DNA from: the human T2T-CHM13v2.0 reference genome, Homo sapiens
Reading direction: 5' to 3' (one strand)
DNA: 64,000 nt
Assembly: GCF_009914755.1 (NCBI RefSeq)
Contig: NC_060930.1
This document shows positions 1 to 14,785 of the stretch, piece after piece; the first letter of the stretch is position 1, and each line of letters starts with the position of its first letter. The translations under genes were made by a program, and so were the position numbers. The notes under the pieces were generated by a model. It worked only from the letters and a program-made list of their open reading frames with translations. It was not told where the DNA came from and made no database searches.

Positions 1-1444
1 GTGACCCTGCCAGCATGGCCAGACTTGGTGACCATCTCCTTAAGGAGCTAGCAGATGTCCTTGTTCTCTGATTCTGATGTGTAAGTTATCTCCCAAGCCA
101 TATAAATAGGCCTGAGAAAATGATATTTATTAGTACTAAAACTCATCAACCTTCTGATGTTTATCCTAAGACAACACATTTCTCAAAACACTTAATTGAC
201 AAAATTGACATTTTTATTTGCAATGGCTAAGTGACAAATTGTTGTTAGTATCATTTGGTGGATAGGTTTCAATCTCATATCCAATACATTTAATATTAAA
301 AATTGAAGGTACATAAATGAAGTATATACATTTATTTGATTATATATATTTTTGGTAGTCAAATATTGAATTTAGATCATTTATATTATAGTTTATATGT
401 TATAAGCTCACGGGTTCATTAACATATTTATGAAATATTATTAGTAAATGTAATTAGTCAATTATTCTTCATGCCTTTTGAACCTAAGAACGTTATTATT
501 ATATGCTCCTTGGTTGGAATTTTCAAACTAGTTCAATATTCTAGAACACTCTTTTTATAATGTCATTAGATATTGCTAAAAACAACAATATAAGCAACCA
601 AGTAAGTAAAAATATTCTAAACTTCTAAACTAAAAATGTCTGATCAAGTCTGGAATATTTCCCAGAAAGAATCCATTGAATGTAGGTTACCATGGTGATT
701 AGCAAGAATGTGGAATGAAGTTCATTTCATGATAATTGCTACATATTTGCAGCTGAAGTGCATCTTTCAGTTTCAGTCTCAGACTTTGAGACCATAATAA
801 TAGCTCTGGAATATGAGTTGTATATTTAAACCTATAATATTGTGCAGGGGCATATCTAATTCTGTGGAGGTTCTTTTTTTGCAGTGACCAACATGGTAAT
901 TTTTAAAAAGCTTATTCCTGTTTGTTGGAATTTCTGTGTATAGATTATGTTTGATTGATTCTTAAAAAACAGAATTTATAATGTCTCCAAATCAATTTAA
1001 AGATAAAAGCATTTTATTTTAAAATCCTCCCCCCTTAGAAAGAAAGCTGAATTTAATTTTGAGGCAGCTGAATGCTCTTGCTTTGTAATTATTTCTGAAG
1101 AAGTTCATGGTCAGATGCCAACTTTTGTGAATTAATAATAAGTTTTGATAAATTGTGCCAAAATCAGAAAGTTAGTGCTTTGAAAAGCTGTTTTAACACT
1201 TTGGGGCTAAGCAAAAATTAAATGCAGAATGTAACAAGTTGCTAAGGGATTAGTGTGTGATATTGAAGTGTTATAAAGAAGCCCAATAACAAAATTCTTA
1301 AAAATAGACGTAGAACAGCTATGTCAAAATTCCTTTGCTGTGTACTACTACTTTGTGTGATGTTTTCTGCTTACAGAATATTATCTGTTTTTGATTAATT
1401 TTTACAAGAGCCTTCCAAATAAAAATAATATCAAAAATAAAGAT

Positions 1445-1650
1445 AGTACGTTTATCGAGAATTTACTGTGTAACAGACAGTATTCTACATACACTAACTC
1501 ACTCAATCCTTACAATAATACTAAGGAGTAGGTTACTGTTATTATCTTTGTTTTGTGGATGATCAAATCAAGGCATAGAACAATGCAGTGTTATAATTTG
1601 CCCAACATCACATAGTGTAGGGCACAGCCAGAAATCAAATTCAAAGAGGC
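1445..1650 (-). mobile_element. MIR SINE (decayed)
   Basis: Reverse-complement MIR core (ctcaatccttacaataat...gtaggttactgttattatc...ttgcccaacatcacatag). Confidence 0.65.
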
Positions 1651-2468
1651 ATCCTCTTAAACAAATGATGCTACAGTACACTGCTGATCTGAAATATTTT
1701 TATTCCCGATGTATTGTACCAAAAATGGAGGTTCAAAGAAGTCAAGTAATGCCAATGTTACATAACCATCAAAAGGCAGAAGTGGAACTCAGGTATTTTT
1801 TTCTGATTCTAAATCTAGGGGCCATTAGAACTCATGGTCATTATGGACTTGAATGTACAATTCATATCCCTTGTTACCTGGCCAACTGGGAGATAAAACA
1901 ATGTTTGCTCAAATTGCATGTTATACTTAAGAGCCTTAAGAGTGGACTCACCCATCTCTTACCTATACCTGCCCTTTCCATAAATTAAATATATATTTTC
2001 ACATGTAAAATGTGGAATATATTATTTTATTTATGTATTTGGAGACTGGCAGAAGCAGGTACTTTATTCTTTTTTCCTTTCACTATTGAAAAACCTATGG
2101 AGTTAGTGTTTATATGTTAAAAGGAATTTTCAGTCTGATTACAGTAGTCCTTTTAAAGATTAGGAAAAAGTAAAGGGAAGTGTAGCATTGCACAGTTTCA
2201 GAGGGTTAGGAAATTAACTTTTCATATGATTAGCAAAATAGAGAGGAAGGAAGCATGTTAGAATACATAAAACTATTATCTAACAAACGCCTACAGAAGT
2301 AACCTTACCCATGAAGAAATGGTCACAAGTTGACATTTTGCGTGTGTGTGTGTGCATAAACTAGGAAGAATTGAAGTTGGTGTCCACATTTTTTAAAAGC
2401 CAAGAAAACACGAACAAAAGCAGCCTCCAGCTCATCCCAATCCTATAAAAGTCTACTATGGAAAAATA

Positions 2469-2582
2469 AGCTGAGCATTATGGCATGGGCCTGTAGCCCC
2501 AGTTACTTGGAAGGCTAAGGTAGGAGGATTGCTTGAGTCCAAGAGTTTGAGCCAAGGCTGGGCAACATAGTGAGACTCCATC

Positions 2583-2586
<4 letters not shown>
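2469..2586 (+). mobile_element. Free Alu monomer (FLAM/FAM-like)
   Basis: cctgtagccccagttacttggaaggctaagg...gggcaacatagtgagactccatctc, single arm. Confidence 0.8.
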
Positions 2587-2587
<1 letters not shown>

Positions 2588-2625
<38 letters not shown>

Positions 2626-2650
2626 AATGTGTACACATATATGCATATAC
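2588..2650. repeat. (AT)n/(AC)n microsatellite in Alu tail
   Basis: Direct reading. Confidence 0.9.
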
Positions 2651-5600
2651 ACAGAAAGTGTTTCTGACAGAGAAAGAAAAGCACTTAGTGGCAGTAGGCA
2701 AACCAGGGGAACTGCTGGCTTATGACTCTAGTGGACATAGCTAATGAAAATAACTTCAATAAATCTTTAAGACTAGAATTTTCATGTTATTTGGAATTTT
2801 AAATTTAAATTGACAATAACAATTACATGCATCTAACAGTTTTTCACTCTGCAGTATATTCCTTGACATTAAAAGACCAGGACACTAGTAAAAATAGCCA
2901 CCCTTCAAAGTGTCCTGCCAGGGAAAATTTATGGAGCCTTCGTTTGAGGATATCTGTTTACTCTCTGCTTGTGACTCTATGTGCATATATCCAAGCAGCA
3001 TAATAATTTTGGCCATATTTAAGAAGAAAATTAAGATATTAGAACAAAATATCGTGTCTTTTTACTTATATTAAACATTTTTATAAAATTAAATTATAGC
3101 AACATGCATAATAGTAGTACATTTTTATAACTCAAAATGGGTACAAAGATTCAAAATCCTTTGAATTGTAACAGTGAAATAATTGCAAATAGAAACTCTT
3201 TTCAGTGCTTATGTAATAAGTACTTTACCTTTGATAGTTCTATCATTGTCTTATCATTAATGAAGGAATATGCTAGATAGTTATTAAGCGCCAAAGTCTA
3301 TGAGACATTTTACATATTGGTCCTCACTGACATATAAAAATTAAAACCCCCAAATGAGCAATTTGTCATTATTATAAGTAGTTTGCCATTTAGCTTTTTA
3401 AAAAAATTTTCAGTTGTTTATACACGTACAATCTATATTCATTATTGCAATTATTTAAATTATGAAGATTCTTTAAAAAGAAATAATTAACATGAAAAGG
3501 TTTCTGCTTTTATCGTGCCCATTTAGCAAGAATACATTGAGCCCTTATGGTTTGGGAAGTCACTTGACATTGTCTGAGAAAATAACAGACTATTGTGACT
3601 CCTCAAATTTGCTAATGATATTTTAATAGATACAATTCCCTATAAAAAAGTCAAATATAACTAAATGTGTTAAGGAATGACTTCCAATATGTAAGTCACT
3701 AAATAAATATAGGATAGAAATTATAAAGTTATGAATGTTAATTTCACTACTAAAATAGAACATGCTCTATTAAGTACCTCATTATATGATTAGTGTATCT
3801 AAAGTTGTCAATTTGTTTTCATGGCACAAGAGTTATTGCTGATTAAAGAAATAATACAGAGCAACAGATCCATGTCTGGCTGTGGAAAGCGAGAGGTCAA
3901 CAGAATCACGCATCAGCTACATGACTCATTCCCACACACCAATCTTACAAAGCTATGATTCAAAGTTGTGCCTCATCAAAATCACAAATGAGTACATATC
4001 ACAGGCCTTCTACTAGTCACAGAAATAGAAACTCCAAGTGTTCAATTGGAAAATGCCAAGTATGTTAGCAATTGAGACAGTTTCAAAAGAAAAATGATAT
4101 CCTTCTTGAGTATAAATAATGTAGTTGGAAGGAAGAAGACTTTCATAGAATGCTGAAAACAAGCAACATCCAAATTACTACAAAAATATAGTATGCATTA
4201 AATAGTTACATTTTTCCTGTAAGAGTTTTCAAAATCACCTCCTCTGTTAAGTATTCCTGACTTCTCTAAGCAAATTAATATTTTTTTCAATAAATATATG
4301 TTTAGTAAATCTTTCTTAGTATCTGTTTCATATTGTTTTTCCTGTTGTGTCTATCCTCAGAAAGAATTTGAGAATGTCAAACAACACAGTAATCCTATCA
4401 TATTCATCTTTGGATTTCCTAGCACATTGCCTGAAATATATACTTGTTTATCAAACTAATTCAGTCCCTTAAGCTTTGCTGGGCATGGAGTATTGGACAT
4501 AAATAACTGACCTTCCCCATTTGCACCAAGAAGGCACTTAATCGGGTGTCATCTGTGGATTCAAATCATGAATAGTAACATTTAAATAAATTGCACGCAA
4601 TTTATCCCACACCTGGGATGCCATGCACAGAGATACACACAGAGAGGCCATGTAGAGGTATCATGGTTGGAAAGGCATACACTGATGTGACAGTAGAGGA
4701 TTCCCTTCAGGAGAAGATGTTGATAGTTGATCCTCGTTTTCTGGGTTTCTCTCTAGATGAAAGATCTGCATGTTTACACTTTCAGAAAAGACAGTTCTAT
4801 TGCATATTTCACCATTCGCTGTGTATTTATAAATTATATTTTATTTTCTGTCATGATTCAGACAGTTACATTTTTCCCCTCCTGGGACTTCCATATGTAA
4901 AGTTGTGATAGCAGAAGTTCTGCTTCTGGTTCTCCCTGTCCATGATAACGCCCTCTCCACAGCTAGCCACTGATGGCTAGGAAAGAGTGATGGTTGGAGC
5001 TACTAAAGCACGTAGGTCAGACACACCCTCTACTCCTGAGTTCCTGAGTTCTAGGGCTTTTATCACTAGAGATTCATTGTCATGATTTAATCATTTCTCC
5101 TAGTTTTAAAAATAAAAATTATCAGAGAGAAATTCTTACTGTGAGTGAATTGATCAGATCCCTTCCTTTCTAGATAGGAGAAATCTTAGAGCTTCCCCTG
5201 AAAGAACCTGACACCACAAGAGAACAAGAATGATGCGATTTAGCCTTGTCTTTCCTGGCAATGCCATTTGGTCTCGCCATGTCTTGTTTATTTTTTAAAA
5301 TACCATTAAGGAAAGGGGATCTATGGTATCTGCTTTTAGTATATTCTTCTTCTATATTTCCCGTAGCAGGTAACATAGCGAATGTTACATTTACTGAAAA
5401 CAACCAATTATTACCTTTTCATCAATTAATCAATATTTGTTTTTTTCTCTTTCAATATGAAAGTATTTTTTTCTAAAATTGTTATTGTAACAGACATGTA
5501 ATTCTGAGATAATTTCTGTTAAGAGAGTGCTTTCATTTAAAACCCCAGAATGTTGAAGCTTCATTTACCAACTATTCAGAAATCATGCTGAGTTGGCACT

Positions 5601-6188
5601 TGCTTGGCAGCCTAGATTCAGTTGCACTATTGTAGAACCACTTAGCCAATTTAGAGAGTTCTACAGTCTAGTTCAACATGATATTTAAACAATATAGAAG
5701 CTTTTCAGAAAGGGAAAATATGAAGATCTGTATTTGTGTCACACTAAATTATACTAAATATTGATATAATGCCACACAAATAGGAAGAGCTTTCCTGTTC
5801 TTATAAACTCTCAGGGGAGTCAGCATTATCTGTAAATTCTGTCTTTGAACTGTTTTCAACTTGTGTTCTTCTTGGCTGTAAAATAGATGACTAACAAGGT
5901 TTTTCATTGTTGTTCCACGAAGTGTTTAAATGTATTCTTTCTATTGTTGGTTATTTTCAGGAACACTTTCCACATGTATTCATTTCAAAAATTGGTAATA
6001 AAAAAAGAATATAAGAACTAACAGTATCATTATGATATATATATATATACACACACATTTAAGATGGGAAATCAATATCATACTACTATAAATTTTAAAA
6101 GCTATGTATTTTAATTTTAATATCATAAATATGTATCAGCTATTGCTTATATTACCATTCATATGGACTCCCTTAGGTCAAGAAACTT

Positions 6189-6201
6189 GATAGATAGATA
6201 G

Positions 6202-6238
<37 letters not shown>

Positions 6239-6254
6239 CGTGTGTGTGTGTGCG
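6189..6254. repeat. (GATA)n-(TG)n compound microsatellite
   Basis: Direct reading. Confidence 0.95.
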
Positions 6255-6402
6255 TATTTTTTAAGTTGTCTTTTTAATATCCAAGGTTCTACTGGCAAAA
6301 TATCATAGATGGCCAATCAGCTGAAAAGAATATATAATCAGTGTTTTTTTCGTTGTTTTTATACAGAAGCAATATCTAAGTGAATTATACATCTAGTTTT
6401 TA

Positions 6403-6735
<333 letters not shown>

Positions 6736-6739
6736 TTAC

Positions 6740-6970
6740 TTACTCAATTTACAAAAATATGTGAAGTGCCTACTATGTACCAGGCATTATTCTAGATTTC
6801 GAGGAAACTGCAATGGACAAAACATAAAAATTTCCTGCCTTTCTGGTACTTATATTCCTAATAGGGAGAGACATAAAACAAAAACAAAAAAAGTAAATTG
6901 AGATCAATAACTGTCTTGTGGAGAAAAAGAAGCTGAAAAAAAAGAATGACAATTAATTTTAAAATAAGGT
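6740..6970 (-). mobile_element. L2 3' end fragment
   Basis: gtgcctactatgtaccaggcattattctag...aatggacaaaacata. Confidence 0.65.
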
Positions 6971-7789
6971 AGCCAAAATATATAGGTCAGATGTTAATTG
7001 ATAGAATTGTAAATATTCTTTGTGGCTTTTTCACAGGTTCTTAGAGACCCAGCTGAGACACAAGATGGGTGTGTACATAAACTCCAGTGATGACTGTGAA
7101 ACAGGATTTTCATTGTTTGCCAGAGTCATCTTATTAAATAGCTATGGAAACAGCTCAGGGCATGAGCAGTGTGATTTTTCTGGTCAGTTATGTTCACCAA
7201 CAAAAAAATTGTGTACACTTTTTTTTTCTGGGAGAATCAAGAAAATTTATCAAGACTGGTTGTGGGGATAGAGGAAGAGGTATAAAATATTTTTTTCTGA
7301 CATATGGAGGATAGAATCTGATACTTATTTAACCACCAGATCCTTTCAAAAGTAATACTTTTCCATAAGCAGTAAAATTAATCTTGGGTTTCTTTTGCAT
7401 TTTGGAGCCTAATTCAGTAATGACTAAGTAAAATTTTTGCACTGTTTTGAAACAGAAAATTTTATGGATGATAAGAAATGTATGAGCTGAAAGAATAATA
7501 AAAATGAGCTTTAAAAATGAAAGAGCCAGAAAGATTAGTGCCACGATGCAACTAATAGCAAAATCTAGCAGAACAAATTATTTTCTAAGTAAATATTTTG
7601 GAAAAACATAGATTCAGAAAACATTAAAATGCTTGTTTAATTTTTTATTTCCGGTACAAAACAAGTTTAGCTTGAATCTTACTCTTATCCTTTTATTTGA
7701 ATGCCATTGGCAGAGAAAAAAATCTAAGAAATAAGTTCCATGTAGAATTATCTCTTACTCTGACAAGTTATGAGTTAATCATGAATAAT

Positions 7790-7995
7790 AGCAATTATAG
7801 TTGACATTTATTTAAGGAATACTATGTACTAGATATAATTACATTTGATCCTGACAGCAACTTTATGAGTTTTGTTTTATTGATGAAGAAATTGAGGCTC
7901 AGAATGTTGTTGCTTGGTCAAAGTCAGGTAGCCAGCAAATGACCAAGATAGGAATCAAAGTATTAATAGATCTAGAGCCCACATTCCTAAGCTAT
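7790..7995 (-). mobile_element. MIR SINE
   Basis: gatgaagaaattgaggctcaga...ttggtcaaagtcaggtagcc. Confidence 0.7.
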
Positions 7996-8704
7996 GCAAG
8001 TCGACTCTTTTAAGTAACATCCTTGAATCAATTGATATAACAGAAAGAAATATTGAAATCTAAAAGTTAAGAGAGGAAACACACATATTGTGAAGATGGA
8101 CAGAACAATAACAAAAATTTTTATTATTTTATTATAATAGAAAATATTAGGAGTCTTAGAAAAATAAAGGTTATATCATAGCTATACCTTTCCGTTTTTC
8201 CTTTTCTTTTCTTCTTTCTCTTCTTCCTTCCATCCAACATACCTCCTTCCTTTCTTTCTCAAACATTGTAGTAGTGTCAAAAATGTGGCAGTTACTGGAA
8301 TAGCTAAGTGGAATACAAATATGTGAAGGAATAAGCATATGAAAGCCTTGACAATTTACATATAAGGAGCTCATTGATCATCCAAGACAAAAATGCTAGT
8401 GGATCTAGGAGGGAAAATTGGTACATGCACACGTACGAGATGAGAACAGGAATGGAGGGGTTAGGACAAAAATGTGAGTCAGAGAAAGGTCACAGATGAC
8501 ACCCTATGTCAGTAGATTATTAAAGGAAGGAACGTGTTTCCCAGACAGATAAGGAAAGGAAGCCATGTTCATGCAAAGCCATTTTCATAAGTATAGAGAC
8601 ATTCATTCATTTGTATAATACTTGTCCATATAACATCTGAAAGGTACCAATGTTTGTACTAGGAACTGGAGAGACAACAGTGAACATAAATTCCTGTGTT
8701 TAAT

Positions 8705-8940
8705 AGAACAGTAGAGAAATTATAGTTAAAAATAATTTATTGTATATTTCAAAATAGCTAGCAGAGAAGAATTGTAATATTTTCAATACAAAGAAAAGAT
8801 AAATATTTGAGATGATGGATATCCCAATCCCAAATACCCTTATTTGATCATTACACATTACACATTTATTAGAATATCACATATACCCCCAAAATATATA
8901 CAACTATGATACATCAATTTTTAAAAAGCAAAAAGAAATA
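8705..8940 (+). mobile_element. L1M (L1MA-like) 3' end fragment
   Basis: aataatttattgtatatttcaaaatagctag...gatgatggatatccc...ttgatcattacacatt followed by A-rich tail. Confidence 0.8.
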
Positions 8941-9144
8941 GGCTATCCTCAGAGTTTACATTCTAGTGGGGGAGATAGAGAAAAACAAATTTAATAAAAC
9001 TATAATTTAAATTTAGTTGCTAATAAAAAATAACGCAGAGCATGCATTTGGAAAGATTTTATTTTATTTTATGCATGGTGGTCAAGAGAGGTCTGTGTGG
9101 AAAATTACTTAATCACATAAGTTGGGGAACTAGCCAATGGCTAG

Positions 9145-9348
9145 ATCATTTAGAGCAAACTTATCCTGTTAAGAGCCAGATAGCAAATACTTTAGCTTTG
9201 TGGGCAACAGCTCAATTTTGCCTCAGTAACTAGAAAACAGTCATAAACTACACATAAACAAATTGGGGTGCATATATTTTAGATAAACTCTGAAACCGGA
9301 AGACAGACATGATTTGGTCCTTTGAGCTGTAGTTTGTAGGCCACTGTT
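9145..9348. mobile_element. MER58-like hAT-Charlie MITE
   Basis: gcaaacttatcctgttaagagccagatagcaaatactttagctttgtgggc...gctgtagtttg. Confidence 0.65.
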
Positions 9349-9352
9349 TTGA

Positions 9353-9602
9353 AGCAATGGTTCTGAAATTTGGCAGCACATTATAATCAACTGGAGATTT
9401 TTAAATATATGTATATTTACACCTGAATTGGACACCAACAGATTCTGATTTATTTGGTCTGGGGTGTGGCCTGCCCTATGGTTACCAACTGTCCCAGTTT
9501 GCCCAAAACAGAGGGATTTCTTGTACATGGTTCTTCCAGTGCTATAACAGTCCTTGGCGTCAGCTCCACATATAATGTATGCATCCAATATTGATAATCA
9601 TG
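9353..9602. mobile_element. MER5A-like hAT-Charlie MITE
   Basis: caatggttctgaaatttggcagcacattataatcaactggaga...cagattctgatttatttggtctggggtgtggcc. Confidence 0.65.
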
Positions 9603-9844
9603 TAAATAGAATCATTCTGACCATGATGTGGAGTCTGATTTCATTCTATATGTGACAGATATCACTGGAGGGTTTTAAGCAGTTGGAGTGGCATAATCTG
9701 ACTTACATTTTAAAGCCAACCATTACGCTGGCTGTTGACAGAAGCTCTAGAGGAGCAAGAGTGGAATATAAGGGACCAGTCAGATGATTCATAGTGAGAC
9801 CAGGGAGGGATGAAGATGGTTCAGAGTAGGTTAGTAGTAGGGGA

Positions 9845-10243
9845 GTGTTTTGTTAGTGTCCCCCCATATGTTGAAACCCTAAACCCCAAGGTAATGGCAT
9901 TTGGGAGGCAGGGCTTTTGAGAGGTAATTCCGTTTAGATGAGGTCCTGAGGAACTTATGATGGAATTGGCGTCCTTATAAGAAGAGGGCGAGACCAGAGT
10001 GTGCTTCTCTCTCTCTCTCCCTCTCTCTCTCTTTATTCCTGCCTCTGTCTCCCCAGTCCCTGCCATATTAGGATACAGCCAGAAGATGGTCATCTGCCAT
10101 CCAGGAAAAGGACCCTAACCAGGCACCAAATGTGCTGGCACCTTGATCTTGGACTTTTCAGCCTCCAGAACTGTGAGAAATAAAAGTGGTTAATTCACCC
10201 ATTCTATGGTATTTTGTTAGAGCAATTGAAGTTGATTAAGACA
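9845..10243 (+). mobile_element. MaLR LTR (MLT1A-like)
   Basis: catatgttgaaaccctaa...caccttgatcttggacttttcagcctccagaactgtgagaaataaa...taagaca end. Confidence 0.8.
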
Positions 10244-10867
10244 GGAAGTCAGCAAAAATTAGTCTGGTGTAGAATACATTTTGAAAGTTGAGTCAAAAGG
10301 ATTCATTGCTTAAATAAGTGAGAGAAATGTAAAAGAGAGAAAAGTATAAGTCAAAGATGGTACTTTTGGACTGAGATTAATGATGCAATTCCATAAGTTG
10401 GAAACACTTGACGAGGAGCAGGTTTAGGGAAGAAGGTTGACTATCATGAGAGGAAGACGATTGGATATCCAAATGGCCATGTCAGGAAGGCAGCTAGAGC
10501 TGAAAATCCGGGGATCTGGAGAGGATTCAGGCCTGGAGACATACATTTTGGAAACTTTAAGCTATGGGAGACAGTATAGAGAATGACTGTGGGTGCACAG
10601 AATCTGAATATGAAGTCTTAAAGACCATCTGAATCTACAGGAAGAGAAAAAAGGTGATATCACAGAAGAGTTTGAGAAAAAAGAATCAATCAGGAAGATA
10701 GAAGACCAGAAGACAACATGGGGCATCTAGAAAAAGGAAGAGTTAGAGACATTAATGAGGAACAGCCTTCTTACTCTTCACTTGTCTTCAAAATCAACAC
10801 TTACATTGTAAAGATTTTCTTGCACATTAAGGCAAAAAGGTATCCAAGGATTCCTTCAGATAATATG

Positions 10868-11197
<330 letters not shown>

Positions 11198-13328
11198 TTC
11201 TTTTTTTTTTTTTGAGAAAAAAAAATTTAGATTTTTATTCAGATCATTGTAGTCAAATGCAGTTTCCCCATATTGTAACATCTTGCAAAACTATAGTACA
11301 ACAGCACACCAGGATATTGACATTGGTATAATTCATCAATCTTGTCCAGAATTGGAAGTTTTACTTGTTACACTCATTTGTGGTTGTGTGTGTGTGTGTA
11401 TTCAGTTCTATACAATTTTGTGATGTACAGATTCATGCATCCACCACCAGAGTTAAGACACAGAATAGTTCCATCACAAGGTTTCCGTGTATTGTTCTTT
11501 TATAACTATCCCTAACCCCTGGTAGCTAGTAAATGGTTCTTCATTTCTAAAATGTCATCTCAAAAATGTTACATAGATGGAATCATACAGCGTGCTAACT
11601 TTGGGAATTGAATTTTTTTACTTGGCATGATTTCCTGGAGATTCATCAAAGTTGTGTGTATCAAGAGTTCATTCAACATTATTGCTTAGTATATATGTGT
11701 AACCATTCACCCACTGAGATCTGTTTCCAGTTTTTGCCTATTTTGAATGAAGCTTCTAGGAATATTAGCATACCGGATTTTCTTATAAATATAAGTTTTT
11801 ATTACCAAGAAGAAGAGCACAAGAGCCCAATACCTGGTCATATTATAATTGCATACTTTTATTAAACTACCATACTTTTCCAGATTTGGTGCACTACCTT
11901 ACATTCCCATCAACAATGTGGAAATGATCCAGTTTTTTGTATCCAGCATTTGGTTTTGTTGCTGTTTTTTATTTTAGTCTGTCTGATATATGTGTAGTGA
12001 TATCTCATTGTGGTTTTAATTTGCATCTCCCTAACGGTGAGTGGAGGAGAATATCTCTTAATGTACTTGTTATTTGTATATCCTGTTAGGTGAAATGTCT
12101 CTTCATGTTCTTGCTTATTTTCTAACTGCTTGTTTTTTTTAATGTTGAGTTTTGAGAAGTCTTTATATTTTAGATTCTAGCCCTTTTTCAGATATGCATT
12201 TTGAAAATATTTTCTCTCAGTCTGGAGCTTATCTTTTCCTCCTCTTCACCTGACCTTACACATAACAAAAATTTTACGTTTTGATGGGTTCAATTTCTCA
12301 ATTCTTCTCTTATGGATTCTGCATTTTGGCATCAATTATAATAATTATTTGTGTAACTCTAGATCCTGAATATTATTTTCTCCTACCTTACTTTTCTAAA
12401 AGTTTTATAGCTTTATGTTATACATTTGAGTTCATTAATTAAGTTTGAATTAATTTTTGTGTGAGAGTGAGGTCTAGATCAAATATCTTTTTTCTTGCCT
12501 AGGGATATTCAATTACTCCAGCATTATTTGTTGAAAAGGCTATCTTTTCTGGATTGAACTGATTTTGCACCTTTGCAAAAAATCAATTGTGCATATTTAT
12601 GTGACTCTATTTCTGGGCTCTCTATCTTGTTTCATTAATCCATATGTCTATCTCTCCACCTATACCACCTACTCTTTATTACTACAACTATACAGTAAGT
12701 CATAATATTTCATTGAATCATTCCTCCCACTTGATTATTTTTTATAAAGAGAGTTTTAGCTATTCTAGGCCTTGTGCATTTTCATTAAAATTTTAAATTA
12801 AGCTTGTCTGTGTCTCCACAAATCTCACTGGGTTTTTATAGGGATTGAATTAAACCCATAGGTTAATTTGTGAAGAATTGATATTGATATATATGTAATA
12901 CCTTGAATCTTCTAATCCATGAATATGGTATGTCTCTCCATTTATTTAAATATTTTTATTGTAATTTTGTAATTTTCAGAATAAACATCTTGTATATATT
13001 TTGACAAGTAGATATCTAAGTATTTCATTTTATGTGAAGCTATTATAAATGGTGTTTTACTTTTAATTTTGGTTTCTGCATTGTCATTGTTAATACATAG
13101 AAATGTACTTGATTTTTATGCATTCATCTTATATCTTTTTACCTTGCTGAACTTCTTTATTAGTTCTGAGAGTACTCTTTTTAAAAATTGATATTTCTAA
13201 AAATGTTCTGCTTAGCAGTCATGTAATCTCCAAATAGAAACAATTTTATTTCTTCCATTTTGATCTATATGCCCTTTTATTGTTTTGTTTTGATCTTGCC
13301 ATATTGATAGGACTAGAACTTCCAGTAC

Positions 13329-13728
13329 TGTTCAGTTTGCTGGAACTTCATAACAAATATCATAGACCGAGTGTCTTAAACAATATAATTTTATTTTATG
13401 ACAGTTCTGGAGGCTTGAAGTTCAAGATCAAGGTAGTGGCAGGTTTGGTGTTTTCTGAGGCTTCTTTGTCTTGCCAATGGCTGCCTCCTTACCGTGTTCT
13501 CACATGGTCTTTCTTGTGTGTGTGCACAATCCTGGTGTCTGTGTGTCCAAATTTTCTCTTTGTATAAGGACCATCAGTCAAATTAGGTTAGGGCCTGCCC
13601 TGACAGCCTCGTTGTTACTTAATTACCTCTTTGAACACCCTGTCTCAAAACACAGTCACATTCTAAAGTACTAGGAACTAGGGCTTCAAACACATGAATT
13701 TTAGGCAGACACAATTCAACTCATAACA
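13329..13728 (-). mobile_element. MaLR LTR (MLT1B-like) inserted in L1
   Basis: TG...CA termini; acagttctggaggcttgaagttcaagatcaagg; 5-bp TSD agtac/agtgc. Confidence 0.85.
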
Positions 13729-14481
13729 AGTGCTATGTTGAATAACAGTGATGAGAGTGGACATCCTTGACTTGTTTCTGATCTTAAAGGGCTATCATTC
13801 ATTCAGTCTTTCATCATTAAATATGATGTGAGCTGTGAGATTTTGTTAAATGTTCTTTTTCAGGTTGAAGAATTTCTCCCCTTCCTAAAGGAGTGAGAAG
13901 TTGTTTTTTGTTTTTTTTTTTTTCATTATGAATGGGTATTGAATTTTGTTAAATGCTTTTTTGTGTGTGTGCTAATTGATACTATTATACTATTTTTTAT
14001 TTTTAGTGTATTGACATGGTAGATTACATTAATCAATTTTCAAATGTCAAGCTAGTCTTGCATAGCTAGAATAAATTCCACTTGGTGTATAATATGTTTT
14101 ATTCATTGTTGAATTCATTTTGCTAATATATTTTGCTTAAGATTTTGCATCTAAATTTATAAGAGGTATTTATCTATGATCGTTAGTTTTATTTTGGGGG
14201 ACAATATCTTTGTCTGGATTTGGCATCAGGGTAATATTGGCCTCATAAATTAAGGGGGAAGGTATTCCATCCTCCTCTTCTTCTAGAGGAGAGTGTGGAG
14301 AACTGGTGTTGATTCTTCTTTAAATATTTTATAGAATTATCCATTGAGAATAGCTGTACTTGCCAATTTCTTTTTCAGGAGCTTTTAAATTATGAATTCA
14401 ATTTCTTAATTATTATTCAGATTGTTAATTTTATTTTGTTGAGTTTTGGTAGTTTCTAATTGTCAAGTAAATTATGGATTT

Positions 14482-14785
14482 CTTTTTTTAACATTAAAAA
14501 AAATTTTTTAAGACAGGGTCTTGCTGTATCGCCCAAATTGGAGTGCACTGGGGCAATCTTGGCTCAGTGCAACCTCTGCCTCTAGGCTCAGGTGATCCAC
14601 CTCAGCCTCCCCAGTAGCTGGGACTACAGGTGAACGTCACCACACCAGCTAATTTTTTAAATTTTTTGTAGGGAGAGTGTCTTGCCATCTTGCACAGCCT
14701 GGTCTTAAACCTCTTGACTCAATTATCCACCCACCATGCCCTCCCAAAATGCTAGGATTACAGGTGTGAGCCACCATGCCTGGCC
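14482..14785 (-). mobile_element. AluJ inserted in L1
   Basis: agacagggtcttgct...gagccaccatgcctggcc, highly diverged. Confidence 0.85.

Larger units (their letters stand above)
8600..10720 (-). mobile_element. L2 LINE relic interrupted by later insertions
   Basis: cattcattcatt start; cactggagggttttaagcag...ataatctgacttacattttaa; caggcctggagacatacattttgg. Confidence 0.65.

Noticed and set aside
3890-3930. Isolated AGGTCA and ATGACTCAT motifs
   Set aside because: Short motifs expected by chance in 64 kb
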